Shown: piece after piece, positions 24,310 to 38,419 of the stretch
Layout of the letters: the number at the start of each line of letters is the position of its first letter
Numbering within the stretch: position 1 is the stretch's first letter
DNA from: Octopus sinensis
Lineage: Eukaryota
Direction: 5' to 3'
Length of the DNA stretch: 64,000 nucleotides
NCBI RefSeq assembly: GCF_006345805.1
Contig: NC_043011.1
Span: 42,482,464 to 42,546,463 of the forward strand
Position numbers and translations under genes: made by a program
The notes under the pieces: model-generated
What the model saw: the letters and a program-made list of their open reading frames with translations, nothing else
Database searches by the model: none
Told to the model about the DNA's origin: nothing

Positions 24310-24760
24310 AAGGAATTGAAGAAGGAAGGAAGGAAGGGAAGAAGGAAAGGAAGAAAGATTATGAAAGATGTGAAGAGGAAAACTGATGTAATTAAGGGAA
24401 ATGGTAGAAAAAAATAAATAAAAGAAAGATATAGAAAGTAGAGAGATGGAGGAAGGGGGAATGAAGAGAGAGCAGGAGGGGAGATAGAGGAAGAGGGAGA
24501 GAAAGAGGGAGAGAAAGAGAGAGAGAAGATAGGAGAAGGTGAGAAAGTGGAAGAGGGTGAAAAATAGTGAGAGAGAGAGAGGTTAGAAAGGGAGAGAGGG
24601 GGAGAGATGGTGAAAAAATGAGAGGTAGATGGAGAGAGAGAGAGGAAAAGTAAGGGGAGGAAGAGAGAGGAGGGGAGAGAGAGAAAGGAAGTAAGCAAAG
24701 AACAAGAAAAAAAAAGGGAGAAAAGCGACAAAGAAAAAGAAAAAAGCCTGAAAGAAGGAG
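24310..24760. repeat. Polypurine GA-rich tract
   Basis: Direct reading. Confidence 0.85.
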
Positions 24761-26130
24761 TGTGAAGGTTGAGTGTTATTCAAACCTAACATTAAAGGAC
24801 AATATGAAATTAGAGTGGGGAGTAAATTACCACCTTGGGGTAGGCTTAGATAGAGGTATGAGGGTGGAGGTGGAGATAACACAGAGGTCAGAACATCAGA
24901 GGTAATCACATGCTACCTCTCAACCCCTCTACTGCCACAACTAACCAGATTCTGTTGCCTTCTTGTAATTAAATCACACCCTTCCACCATCAAGTTCCCA
25001 CATTACTAAACATATATATACACAACTGGAATTCTCTCACCAGAAATACACAAACACACACACACACATATATATACATATATCTGTCTTTCATTTGTTT
25101 CAGTTATTGGACAGTGGCCATGCTGGGTCACAGTGCCATCTGGGATTTTTGGTGAACACCCTCAGTACTTTAAAAAAAAATTTTTTTTGAAGCTTGATAC
25201 TTATTCAATTCATGTCTCTCTTGCCAGACTGCTAAGTCACAGAGATGCAAACACACACATACACACAAATATTCTGAGTTCGATTCCTGGTTTAATGGTG
25301 TTCAGCAGAGGAGATAAATCACCCTTGGATATGATGCCAGTCCATCAGATGATGGAACTTCCCTAAGTGATCTGGAGGTATTTATTCCTCCTGACAGTGA
25401 TATAATTCAGAATAAATGATACTTCCCAAAGACAAAGGAGAATTGGCACAGTAATTGCAATATTTGTTCTGACTCTAAGGCAGCGATCTGGCAGAACTGT
25501 TAGCACACAAGGCAAAATGCTTAGCTGAATTTTATTTGTCTTTAAGAGCCAATGTTCAAATTCTGTCAAGATTGGCATAGCCTTTCATCCTTTTGGGGTC
25601 AATAAAAAGAAGAACTAGTTAAGTCCTGGGGTTGATGTAACTGAGTTAGCCCACACCCCCAGAATTGCTGGCCTTGTGCCAAAATTTGAAACCAATATTT
25701 GTTGTGACTTGCTACGCTTTGAGTTCAAATCCTGCCAAAGTTAACTCTCTTTTGTCCTTTCAAAGTTCAAAAAATTAAATAGTAATTGATGATGGTGGAA
25801 TTCACAAAACTGTAATAACATCAGACTGGATACCTTATACTATTTGGTCCTAGTTCTTTGCATTTTGAGTTCAAATCTCACCATGGGCCTACATGGGTGG
25901 CAACCTCACTCCATTATCTTGGTCCTTGGGTACCTTTCATGGAGTCCAAGTCTCCAATCTTCCTCCCATCAATATTAGAGGGTCACTATCTTCCCACCAG
26001 ACTAAAAGACAGAAAACCAAAGGAACATCATGGCTAATATAGGGGACCTCTCCATCTCTGTGTGGGTATTGGTGTATGCGTGTGAGTGTGTGTGGTGTTG
26101 AAGTATCTCTGTGTACATACATGAGGGAGA

Positions 26131-26168
<38 letters not shown>

Positions 26169-27239
26169 ATATTTGTGTTGTAGTTGTCCAATGACACAAG
26201 TACAGAAATATTTGAAAGTTGTGACAATCAGAACATTCTGGAGACAGCTCATATATAGATGTAAATATTAATTTAATAAAATAGTTGGAGACAGCACGGC
26301 ACCAAGCTGGAATCAGAAATAAATAACAAACACACACACACATTTATGCACACATATACAAACATGTATATACACAAACCCACACACGTACATATGTATA
26401 AAGGCTCCCTCTCTTTACCCCCCCCCACTCGACATAGACCAGTGACCTTAAGATAAGAACTAACTGCACTAAGACACACCAAATAGGGCAATCTGGAGAA
26501 GGAAGTGACAGAAGCTGAAAGATTCTTTGGCAAGACACAACAAGTTCAAAGTGCAACCAGCGAGGAACTGGAAAGCTTAAAGGTTGCCTGAGAGGGTGGT
26601 TTTTTTTTTAAAGCTAGCTCCTGTGGACGGCTCTTCATTGGGCCTTGAGCCCAGTAATAGCACCTCATGCATTGAGTACATATTAAGTTTTATTAAACTT
26701 GACCAATATCTTTCAAGCAATTAACAATTTTTATCAAAACAATGATATAATTTGGAACTTATTGCAAAGCTTCATGATAAACAACGTTTTTTGTTTTCCC
26801 ATTCGGGGTGGGGGTGGGGTTCAGTACAATTTTTCCCTCACTCTAGCTACTTTCTTTCTTTCTTTGTTTTCAGCCATCACCATCACCAGTATCACCACCA
26901 TCACCACCTCAGCTGCCACACACACACACACCATTTAGACTTCTGATGCCACCACCATCACCACTGTCTTTCACATCCTTTACTATCACCGTCATGCTTG
27001 ATCACCTCAGCTACCACATCACCCCATTTCCATCCCAACCGTCAATCTACTACTGCCCTCACTGTCTCTATGCCTACTATTACTCTCACCCCAGCAAGAG
27101 GAGTCAAAGAAGTGTCATTGAATAATGAGAGAGGGGGGGGATGTGATACATTGACACACAGAAATTCATTTTGGCATTCATTATTATAGATGATAGCAAA
27201 ATACCTGCTGTTACTGATGTTGAGAAGGCTACCATTTAT

Positions 27240-27585
27240 CTTTTACGTGTTTCAGCCATTAGACTGTGGCCATGCTGGGGCACTTCCTTGAAGAACTTTT
27301 AGTCAAATGAATTGATGCCAGTACTTGTTCTATTGGTCACTTTCATTGAACTGCTAAGTAGTGTGGACATAAACAAACCAACATGGTAGTCAAGAGTATA
27401 ATGGAGAACACACACACACACACACACACATACAAGGGGCTTCCATCAGTTTCTGGTCTAGCCATTCTGGTTGACCCATGGTGATAAATAGAAGGCACTT
27501 GCCCAAAGTGACTCACAGAGGGATTGAACCTGGAACCATGTGAATGGGGAGCAAGCTTCTTACTACACAGTTACACTTGTGCCTA
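27240..27585 (-). mobile_element. SINE family A, diverged
   Basis: Tail and head motifs. Confidence 0.65.
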
Positions 27586-27699
27586 TGGAAATGTTATGGT
27601 GAAAGATTGCTGAACAAGGAGTATACATGAGAGAGAGAGAGGGGGGGGGTATTCTATGTAGACTCAACAGAAAGGCCACCTTTGCCGTTACAGCTGAAA

Positions 27700-28107
27700 G
27701 TGCGACTAAAGATATAAAGGCAAGGAAAGTAACTGGATTATTAAGGAGAGTAGCTGTGAAGCTGGAAATATCTGGCAAAACAGGACATGCCCTGATTATT
27801 CTTATAGTCAATCCTTTAGGTGTCACACCTAGTGACTGGCAGCATCATCATTATCAGCTGCTTCGAGGAGGGCAAAGGAAATGTTCTAGAAGGAGGCAAC
27901 TACAGAGCCATTGAATTGATAGACTAAGTTATAAAAATAACAGAAACAGTGGGAGTACAACTAATTGGGAGGAAAAATCAGCTGAGATGGAGTTCAGGCA
28001 TGAGGCCCCATCAGGGTACTACTGATGGCGCCTTCCTAATGAAATAACTGCAGAAGAACTTAACCAAGAGCTATCTGCTATACAGAACATTCATTGACCT
28101 GGATAAT
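27700..28107 (+). mobile_element. RTE-clade LINE reverse transcriptase remnant
   Basis: TPSDW / GKGNVLEGGNYRAIELID / GTTDGAFLMK.LQ / LYRTFIDL with frameshift and stops. Confidence 0.8.
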
Positions 28108-28393
28108 CAGTACGGTAAATTATTTCAACCCCTAATATTTTACTGGTACTTATTTCGGACATAGAACTGTTGAGAATGGAGTTAATAAAATAAAACAGTT
28201 ATACTGGGTGAAAGTATATAAATATATATATATATATATATTTATGTCCCTGTAACTTAGCAGTTTGGCAAAAGAGACTGCTAGAACAAGTACTAGGCTT
28301 ACAAAGAATAAGTCCTGGGTTCGATTTGTTTGACTAAAGGCAGTGCTCCAGTATGGACACAGTCATCAAATGACTGAAACAAGTAAAAGGATA

Positions 28394-28451
<58 letters not shown>

Positions 28452-28482
28452 CATATACATACATACATATACATACATACAT

Positions 28483-28539
<57 letters not shown>

Positions 28540-28864
28540 CACACCTTTACCCATATAACTGTTTTAGTTATTAACTCCTCAACAGCTATATTCAAAATAA
28601 GTACCAGTAAGATATTGAGGATTGAAATGATTTACTGTCCTGACTATTTTTATGTGATCTAGAGTCAATAAGGATGCCTGCATATGGTCACTCGACTTGC
28701 TAGAAATAGCAACAAAGTCAATCTAAAACCACATTTTGCCATTTAAAAAAAAGTGGACATATTAAATAATGCAGTCCTTGGTATACTTTGCCTGAATAGT
28801 CGATGGGAGGGTCATTACATGGATGCTCTGCTGGAATATCACTGACATGGGGTTAAATAAGAAT

Positions 28865-29155
28865 AACAGAGAGAGAGAAAGAGAGTAAGTGGAAGATATG
28901 TGCAAGAGGAGAAGAGCAAGGGAAGAGGAGCAAGGGAAGAGGAGCAAGGGGGGGAGAGAGAATTGAAGAAAGGAAGAAAGACAACTGGAGAGGGCAAGAG
29001 AGATGGCCAGCAAAAGAGAGAAACTGAAAGAGAGAGAGGAAGAGAAAGAGGAGAGAAAGACAGGGAAGAGAAAGAAAAGAAAGAGAGGAAGAGAACGAGA
29101 GGAGTAACGTAAGAGATAGATAGATAGACAGAGAGAGAGAGAGAGAGAGAGAAGG
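28865..29155. repeat. Polypurine GA-rich tract
   Basis: Direct reading. Confidence 0.85.
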
Positions 29156-29179
29156 ACCAGAGTCAGTAGCCTCTCTACA

Positions 29180-29410
29180 TCCTTGCAAATAAAAAGTCTT
29201 AACACCCAGCAGCAACCAGTGTTCCTTTAAGTGAATGCAATGGACCATACAAGAATGAGCCAGTTCCTCTGCTGCTGGTGCTGCTGCTTCCATTGGTGTT
29301 CCGCACTTTACTTCCCATGCCTCACTGCCATTACAGCAGCATCAGCCGGCAGACTCATCATGCACCATATAAATCTACCCTTTGTACGCAGATGGAATAA
29401 AGGAACCAAA
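29180..29410 (-). mobile_element. Possible RTE LINE C-terminal remnant
   Basis: LRTKGR(L)YGA...GSEAW resembles KGRLYxACVRxxMLHGSETW. Confidence 0.45.
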
Positions 29411-30280
29411 GTGTAACTCCACTGACCTGAATAGCAGAGATTGCTGGGATAGCAAAGCGAGGGGGGAGAGAAAATTAAATCTTTTCAGTGAGACATTTAA
29501 ATTCAAAATCTAAATTTAAAACTTAATATTAGTTATCTCATTAGTGCTTTTGTTTTGGAAATAGAAGAAGCAATGTGTGTCGGTTGATAAACAACAAGTA
29601 ACATAAATATGACATGAATAATAAGATAAATATACATTTGTTTGGTGAGTAGCTTTAAGTAAATATTTATATTGTGGTAAAATAACCTCCACTGACTGCA
29701 GTGAGAATTCTGTTGACATTTGGAGAAAAATGAAAAAAGCAAAAAAAAAAAAAAGCAACATTAATTCCAGGAAGCCTCTAGGTGGTTGTTTTGCTTGTTA
29801 GAAATTAGAAATAATGACAAAAATCATCCTTACATCACATCGCAACATCTCAAATAAAAAAAAAAAAAAAAAAAATGAAGGTCATATTGGGTAACCTAGT
29901 CTAGGGTACTCTATGGTCCATCATCATCATCATCGTCGTCATGGTTATTTTAATGTCCACTTTTCCATGCTTACATGCGTCAGGCAGAATTTGTCGAGGC
30001 CGGATATGATTCCTGTCACCAATCCTCATCCGTTTCCAAATAAGGTAATATTTCCCCGGGCCAAACGTGTTTTCACAGAAGACTAGAAACAAACTGTGCC
30101 ACCTGCATGACTGTGGCATTCATTTGCAACTACCACACAATGTCAAAACAAAGATACAGTAACACACACACATATTTATATGTATATATATATATATATG
30201 GTTTGACCTGGGACGGAACTAAACTTCACATTTGCCTCAATTTATTTCAATTTATTTTATTTTATTTTACTTTATCTAAA

Positions 30281-30500
30281 GCACCATCCGATCGTGGCTG
30301 TTTGCCAGACTCGTCTGGCACCTGTGCCGGTGGCACGTAAAAAGCACCCACTACACTCACAAAGTGGTTGGCGTTAGGAAGGGCATCCAGCCGTAGAAAC
30401 ATTGCCAGATCAGACTGGGCCTGGTGCAGCCTTCTGGCTTCCCAGACCCCAGTTGAACCGTCCAACCCATGCTAACATGGAAAGCGGACGCTAAATGATG

Positions 30501-30501
<1 letters not shown>
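30281..30501 (+). mobile_element. SINE family C
   Basis: GGTTGGCGTTAGGAAGGGCATCCAGCCGTAGAAAC...CCCATGCTAACATGGAAAGCGGACG. Confidence 0.8.
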
Positions 30502-30536
<35 letters not shown>

Positions 30537-31335
30537 TAATAATATACAATGAGCTACCTAATCCACCCAAAAAGCTTTGGTTGGCCCAAGGCTATCATAA
30601 GAGACATTTGCCCAATGTGCCATACAGTGGGACTGAACCTGAAACTATGTGGTTGGGAGGCAGGTTTCTTATCACACAGCCATGCCTGGTATGTGAGTCA
30701 TAGCTGGAATGCCTTTGATCATAGACCAGCTGAATAACAACAAGCAATAAATCTAAGGCATGAAACGTGGGTAAGGGTCTGGAGCAAACAAGACTTGAGC
30801 ACTTTTTTTGAGTAACAGAGATTTGGGTTCCACCTCCCAGACCCAGCACAAAACATTCTGCAGCCCCATACTTATTCCTCCAAAAAGAATGCATCCCTTT
30901 GTAATTTCTTTCCCCGACTCTATCCCGCTGGTTTCCCAAACTACTGGCCCGAAATGAATTTAACAGGAAAACGAATTCCTTCTGGCTAGACACACACACA
31001 CACACACAATATTTTGTAGGAGGAGGGGGAGGAAGTACCAATGATAGAAACAGTCACCGCAAAAGCCACTGATGCAGCAAAGTGATCACTCATTAGTCAA
31101 TATATGTTATCAATTGCGACACAGCCTGCCTTCCTTCATTGTTGAATGAACCCTGCCTCAGTTAGCTGACATGCTAAGTAAGGCACCTGTCCCCAATTGA
31201 ATCAAAATGATATTCATGTCTAGATGAGTGCAGAAACTTGTTTTAACATTTGTTACTGTTGCTAAGACTCCAGCTGGGCAACATCCAACAGGATGAAAAA
31301 CAGTTAAAAATATAAATAAACTATTTGTTGTATTA

Positions 31336-31374
<39 letters not shown>

Positions 31375-31376
<2 letters not shown>

Positions 31377-31557
31377 CGCAATGGCCCAGTGGTTAGGGCA
31401 GCGGACTCGCGGTCGTAGGATCGCGGTTTCAATTCCCAGGCTGGGTGTTGCGAGTGTTTATTGAGTGAAAACACCTAAAGCTCCATGAGGCTCCAGCAGG
31501 GGGGGGTGACGATCCCTGCTGCAACTTTCTCTCACTCTTTCTTCTGTTGGCATGCTC
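31375..31557 (+). mobile_element. SINE family D, 3'-truncated
   Basis: Head nearly identical to the 4905 copy. Confidence 0.85.
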
Positions 31558-31621
<64 letters not shown>

Positions 31622-32250
31622 CACTGGTATATATTTCAAAGGTCCTGGTCGTTGTGAAAGGCACATCTAGACTTGAACTCACAATGGGATTAAACTTTCT
31701 GAAATGAATACTGCAACACCTCTTGACTCAAACAGAACATGAATGTTGTTTCATTGGCATATTTGTCATGAAATCCTCTGCAAAATGTGTTTCATGAAAT
31801 TTTTTAAATAATTAAGAATTTGGAGGGACTTTGTTAGATGCCAGCTTTGCAATTACTATTAATCTGGTAGTCGATAAATTAGGTACCAGTTGAGTACTGA
31901 GGGTTGATGTAATCGACTACCCTCCACCACCCACCAATTTCAGACTTTGTGCCTATAGTAGAAAGGTTTATTATTAATCGGGCATTTGAGGAATATCTTA
32001 TTATCTTGCTATTTTTTGGGGATTCGGTCTGTGGCCATGCTGGGGCAACTGCCTTCAAGGATTTAGTTACTGTAGTTATGAGGAAATGTACTGCATTTGT
32101 TTCAGCTAATTTAAATAATAATGAAGAATTTAGTAAAATAGCATAATCAATCTGGTGTTTGGAACAAAGATTAACATGAAGGCTTTAATTTGGATCACTT
32201 TAAAACCACCTGGGGAGGGGGAGTCTCAGACAGGTTGGTATCAAAAGTAA

Positions 32251-32479
32251 GGGTGGCGAGCTGGCAGAAACGTTAGCACGCCGGGTGAAATGCGTAGCCG
32301 TATTTCGTCGGCCGTTACGTTCTGAGTTCAAATTCTGCCGAGGTCGACTTTGCCTTTCATCCTTTCGGGGTCGATAAATTAAGTACCAGTTACGTACTGG
32401 GGTCGATATAATCGACTTAATCCGTTTGTCTGTCCTTGTTTGTCTCCTCTGTGTTTAGCCCCTTGTGGGTAACAAAGAA
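32251..32479 (+). mobile_element. SINE family B with 19-bp TSD
   Basis: ACAGGTTGGTATCAAAAGT at 32230-32248 and 32480-32498. Confidence 0.92.
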
Positions 32480-32537
32480 ACAGGTTGGTATCAAAAGTGC
32501 TAAATAAAGTATTTAAAATGGGAGGTTTTGTATGATA

Positions 32538-32656
32538 CAACCACATGGTTCCAGGTTCAATTTCACTGCATGACACCTTGGGCTAGTGTTTTTTACTATA
32601 GCCTCAGGCTAACCGAAGATGTGTCATTTGTTTGTATAAAGTAATAAAATTGAATT
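32538..32656. repeat. Inverted duplicate of 33551-33670
   Basis: About 119 bp, one mismatch and one 1-nt indel; flanked by a 32-bp direct repeat. Confidence 0.85.
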
Positions 32657-33155
32657 ATATATTTAATAAAATATTTAAAATGGGAGGTTTTGTATGATAC
32701 AACAAAGAATGGTCTTAAGCGCATTGGTCTTTAAAATGGTTAACTATAAAAAAACACCTGGCTATTGATCTCAAGAACAACAGTTTATAAAAGACAAATG
32801 GTTGATATAATAACTGCTATACCAATTCAAATCTGCTACAAATATTTCATCTTGTATCTGGAAAGGGAAACATTTTATCGAAATTCTATCAACAGAGGTG
32901 CATTTTATCTCCCTTAGATATTTACTTGTTTCAGTCTTTAGACTGCGGCCATGCTGGGGCACTGCCTGGAGAAATTTTTAGCTGAATGAACAAGCCTCAG
33001 TGCTTACTTTGTTTTTTCCTTTAAACCTGGTATTTATTCTATTAGTCTTTTGCTGAATTGCTAAGTTATGGGGACATAAACACACTAACACTGGTGTGTT
33101 TATATATAAAAATTAAGTCTTATATTATTTGTTTATATATATATATATATATATA

Positions 33156-33308
33156 TCATCATCATTCTCATTTAACGTCCGTTTTCCATGCTAGCATGGG
33201 TTGGATGATTTTGACTGAGGGCTGGCGAACCAGATGGCTGCACCAGACTCCAATCTTGATTTGGCAGAGTTTCTACAGCTGATGCCCTTCCTAATGCTAA
33301 CCACTCCA
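33156..33308 (-). mobile_element. SINE family C fragment
   Basis: (CAT)n tail and family motifs. Confidence 0.75.
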
Positions 33309-34529
33309 TTTATATATATAACAATTTAGCTGGGTGTTAAATAACCAGCTAAGGGATATTAAGTATCAAAAGAATTTACTGGTATCTTTTTTTACTATAT
33401 CAATAACAAACTTATGAACTATTGATCTTAACAAATAGGTAAATAAATAAAATAAACATACAGTTTACCAATATATAAATATAAATTAGAAATGGAAGCC
33501 AAAACAATAAATTGAACAATTAAATAATTAAATCATTAAATGATAAACTCAATTCAATTTTATTACTTTATACAAACAAATGACACATCTTCGGTTAGCC
33601 TGAGGCTATAGTAAAAAAACACTAGCCCAAGGTGTCATGCAGTGGAATTGAACCTGGAACCATGTGGTTGGGAAGCAAACTTCTTAGCATTTTTTCAATA
33701 ACTTAATTATTCTGAGAATGTTCACTTTATGGAGCACTGGTCTCTTCTTAGCGCACCTGCCATTGCAACCCTTTCAAAGGGTCTCTATGCTAGGTGAAAC
33801 ATACTCTTAATCTCTTTAGTTTTCTTAGGACTTCAAACAGAGAATATCTTCTGTCAGAGATTTCCCTGTTTGGTTCAGGTGTTCTACTTTCTGATGATTT
33901 TTCTTTTTTTTCTTCTTCTTTTTCTTCTTTTTTAAATAAGGAGGGGTTTCATTTGACAGGGCTGCTAACCCTACATCCAGTCTAAAGAACTAGGTTGGGA
34001 ATAGTGACTTTTCAATGTTACACCCACAGACAAGCTGTTGATGCTGCTCTTTGTACCAGAGCAGAAACCCCACATCTGGAATAACGATTACAGCCAGTCC
34101 TGGAGCTAGAATTACTTCACACCAACTTTATGCTACAAAACTGTGCCTGTTCTTGTAAACCATTTCTATTTTACACTGCTCAACATATATATTATGCAGA
34201 GTAGGAAAATGTAACAAGAGTAATGGCACATTGACCTTTCTCCTGAATGGAATGACAAACAAAAATAAAAGACACTTGTATAAAATAAAAGGCACTTATA
34301 ATTCCCAAAGTCTTCAGAAGCTGTTTTTAACTTGTTAAACTAACCGGTACAAAATGTCTGAGACAAGTCATTGCTCAGGTCTTGATAGAAACTGGATACC
34401 TAGCCCTCGACAGGTGTCTATGGAAGAAGGCACTTGGATTGCCTGGTCACGCTAATGTTTGGGTCCTTAGTTCTGTAGAAATGGAGCTGAAAGGAGGCAG
34501 GTTGTGGCTGGAGGCGCCTGCATTCATTA

Positions 34530-35305
34530 GAAGAGAGGAGGGAGGGAGTGTGAAAGAGGCAGAGAGGGAGAGAGAAAGAGGCGGAGAGGGGAAGAGTGAA
34601 TGACGCAGAGAGAGAGAGAGAAAGAGGCAGAGAGGGGGGAGAGAGAGAAAGAGGCAGAGAGGGAGGAGAGACAGAAAGAGGCAGAGAGGAGAGAGAAAGA
34701 GGCAGAGAGGAGAGAGAAAAAGGCAGAGAGGGAGAAGAGAGAAAGAGGCAGAGAGGGGAGTGAAAGAGGCAAAGAGGGAGAGAGGGGAGAGAGAGAAAGA
34801 GGCAGAAAGGGGAGGGAAAGAGGCAAAGAGGTAGAGAGGGGAGAGAGAGAGAAAGATGCAGAGAGGGGAGAGAGAAAGAGGCAGAGAGGGGAGAGAGTGA
34901 ACGAGGCAGAGTGGGAGAGTGAATGAGGCAGAAAGGGGGAGAGCGAATGAAGCAGAGAGGGAGGAGAGTGAATAAAGCAGAGAGGGAGGAAAGTGAACGA
35001 GGCAGAGAGGGGGGAGAGTGAATGAAGCAGAGAGGGGGGAGAGTGAACGAAGCAGAGAGGGGGGAGAGTGAACGAAGCAGAGAGGGGGGGGAGAGTGAAC
35101 GAAGCAGAGAGGGGGGAGAGTGAACGAAGCAGAGAGGGGGGAGAGTGAACGAAGCAGAGAGGGGGAGAGAGAAAGTGGCAGAGAGAAAGAGGCAGAGAGT
35201 GGGAGAGTGAATATGGCAAAGAGAGGGAGAGTGAATGAGGCAGAGAAGGGGAGACGGAAAGAGGCGGAGAGGGAGGGAGGGAGTGAATGAGGCAGAGAGA
35301 GAAAC
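34530..35305. repeat. GA-rich minisatellite (GAGTGAACGAAGCAGAGAGGGGGGA, about 25-28 bp)
   Basis: Direct reading; most regular at 35040-35165. Confidence 0.9.
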
Positions 35306-35825
35306 TATAATCTTATAAGAGAGCAAGTGAAATGCACGAAAGAGTATAGGACTGACACAGGGTGATATTAAGAAGACACAATATGAGATTTGGGGATTAA
35401 TAAAACAGTAGAAATATGACATTTCAGTGCGTGTGTGTGTGGTCATCGTTGGTTAATGTCCCATGCTGGCAAGGGTCTGATGACTTAACTGAATCTGGCG
35501 AGTCACAGGGCTGTGTTGTGTCCCAAAAATAGGAAATTGTTGTGTCCCAAAAATGTGTCCCAAGAATAGGAAATCCTATTCTTTAAATAAGCCAGCTGCA
35601 GAACCTAGGATGTTATTTGTCTTGACAGTTCATTTGTAAACAACATTCCTCACCTCCAAACACACACAGCTGAATTAAGTGTCGTTAAAGTGTTAAAACG
35701 CCTCACAGTAATTGTTTCAACTGTGAGTTTAAATCCTGGAACAGTTAACTTTATCTTTCATCCTTTCAGAGATCTTTAAGGTAACTAACTGTATGTGTCC
35801 TGCACTATTTATTGACTCCAAGGGG

Positions 35826-36060
35826 ACAGCGAGCTGGCAGAATTGGTAGCATGTAAGAAAAAGTGCTTAATGCCAATTCTCCTTTCTTCGTGTTCTGAGT
35901 TCAAATGCTGCTGAGGTTGACTTTGCCTTTCGTACTTTCAGGTTCAGGGTCGATAAAATAAGTACCAGTTGAAAACTGGAGCTAATGTAATTGACTAGCC
36001 CCCCCCCCTCCACCTCCTTGCTCCAATAATTCAGGCCTTTCTACCTATACTAGTAAGGAT
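35826..36060 (+). mobile_element. SINE family B, diverged
   Basis: GCGAGCTGGCAGAA...GTTGACTTTGCCTTT...GTCGATAAAATAAGTACCAG. Confidence 0.7.
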
Positions 36061-36510
36061 TATTTATTCCAACTTCCCATGCTCTGAAATCAGTTCCTAC
36101 CAATGGCCTTCTTTGAGTGGTAGACTTAACCTGTTGCTTGGCCTAAATAGCACCTTGGGTACTTTCAGCAGAGTTCATTCACTCTGATGTAAGCATTCGG
36201 AGCATGTCTCTGGTTTGGGGATACCCTCCTCCTTTCCAACAATCTCAGCAGCCCTGTAAAGGGTTAGAGGCACTGCAATATTTCCTAATTAAAAGGTTAA
36301 AAAAATAATTTAAAAAAAAAAACTGAAAAAGACGGAAGACTGAGAAAGAGAGACAAGTGATAAAAGATAAATTAAATTTGGTTTTACAAACAGAATGCCC
36401 CCACCCCACCCCCCAAAAAACTAATGACTCAATACATAAAGTATAAAAAATATATATATATATAATTTATTTATGGTATTGCGATAAATAAATCAGGGAC
36501 CACAACATGT

Positions 36511-36888
36511 ACTCTTTACTCTTTTACTTGTTTCAGTCATTTGACTGCGGCCATGCTGGAGCACCACCTTTAGTCGAGCAAATCGACCCCGGGACTTATT
36601 CTTTGTAAGCCCAGTACTTATTCTATCGGTCTCTTTTGCCGAACTGCTAAGTGACGGGGACGTAAACACACCAGCATCGGTTGTCAAGCAATGCTAGGGG
36701 GACAAACACACACACACACATATACATATATATACATATATACGACAGGCTTCTTTCAGTTTCTGTCTACCAAATCCACTCACAAGGCATTGGTCGGCCC
36801 GGGGCTGTAGCAGAAGACACTTGCCCAAGGTTCCACGCAGTGGGACTGAACCCGGAACCATGTGGTTGGTTAGCAAGCTACTTACCAC
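36511..36888 (-). mobile_element. SINE family A, young copy
   Basis: Near-identical to the 46844 and 57330 copies. Confidence 0.9.
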
Positions 36889-37708
36889 TTCTCTTCAAAA
36901 CTGCTTGCCTCCTTTTTTTTTTTAAATTTCAATCCTTTTGTTTTTTTAATTTAAATACTTAAAAGGTAAGAATTGCATTGAATGAATATCACATTAAATT
37001 ATTAATAAAATAAATTAGAAGTGATTTACAGAAGAGGGAGCCAGTAGTGGGGGAACAGAGAGAGGGAGAGAGAGAGACGGTAGGGAGGGAGGGAAACAGA
37101 GAGAGAGGGAGAGGTTAGGGAATGAAAAGAAAAGGTAAAGAATTGGTGTCACACAGTAAAACATGAATGGAGGGGCAATTTGGGTGTGAAATGAGTCATG
37201 CGTGGAGGGGCAGTTTTGTAGGGAAATGGGCATGATGAGTGGAGGGGGTAGTATGCTAGTGAAATGAGTCATGGTGAGTGGAGAGACTGTGAAACAGGTC
37301 ATGATGAGTGGAATGGGGTTTAGAGCTTGCCTCTAAATGAAGGGACAGAGGAGTGAAAATATCTAATAGGGAAATAGGGGATGGAAGGACAGTTTGGTAG
37401 TGAAACACACAGTCAGTAAACAACGATGATGATGATGATGATAATGATTTTGCTACTATTTTCTACTGGGTTGAGAAACTGCATAAAGGCTCCTTTACTT
37501 GCTCCCCATAGGTTGTTAGGGGACAGGCCAGCTAATGATATATAATGGAAAGATTTTAAGACTTTCACATAGAAACTTCAATTTCTCCTGCTTGCATTTT
37601 GTTTTCCACAAAACTATGTTGTAGCCATTTATCATGTTTGGTGTTCATACAGACTAGACATGTGCATACACACACAATATATATATATATCTATCTATTT
37701 ATATATAT

Positions 37709-37755
<47 letters not shown>

Positions 37756-38121
37756 TATATTGTTGACGTTAAAAAGTTGTTTTTATAAACTTTTGCAACA
37801 TGATTTTTTTTTTAACAGTGGATCTCGAAGCAGATAAAGCTACAAAATAATAGCATGTAAATTTTGGGTTGAAAAACTGTTCCAAAAAAGAATTATAATA
37901 TACATTGAATATTTCAATAATAATAATAAAAGAGGTGAAATAAAAGTAATTCATGTGTTTAATATTGTTATAATGATCCTTCTGATATACAACAATACTA
38001 ATTGCTTGTAAAGACTCAGTATTTCCTTTTACTACTGAGTCAATATTGTGTCTTATTTTAGCAGTGCAAAATTCTCATTTTTTAAAGAATTCTATCTACA
38101 GATTTTTCCATAGAATTCAGA

Positions 38122-38162
<41 letters not shown>

Positions 38163-38419
38163 TAGTAACAGTTTTGGTTTTCAGTACCTTCTAACACAAT
38201 CTTCTAGCATTTGAACTGAATTTTTTGAAACTTATCAAGCAACCTTGACTTAGTAACATAATTCTGTTAGTTAATTAGTAACATGATTCTATTGACTAAT
38301 TAAAGTCAGAAGAAAGTACAGCAAGTCATGTGACACACAATATCAATTAAAACAGGTGAAATGTACAATTTAAATGTTTGCTACAATAATGGCTACTAAA
38401 CTATTGGCATTGTTCTTGA

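Noticed and set aside
29638-29711. Minus-strand exon candidate FSLQSVEVILPQYKYLLKATHQTN
   Set aside because: Weak donor (gtatat), and exon A has stops in all frames upstream of its ATG, so it cannot be linked as coding
34418-35446. 342-aa Ser/Leu/Pro ORF
   Set aside because: Antisense translation of the GA minisatellite
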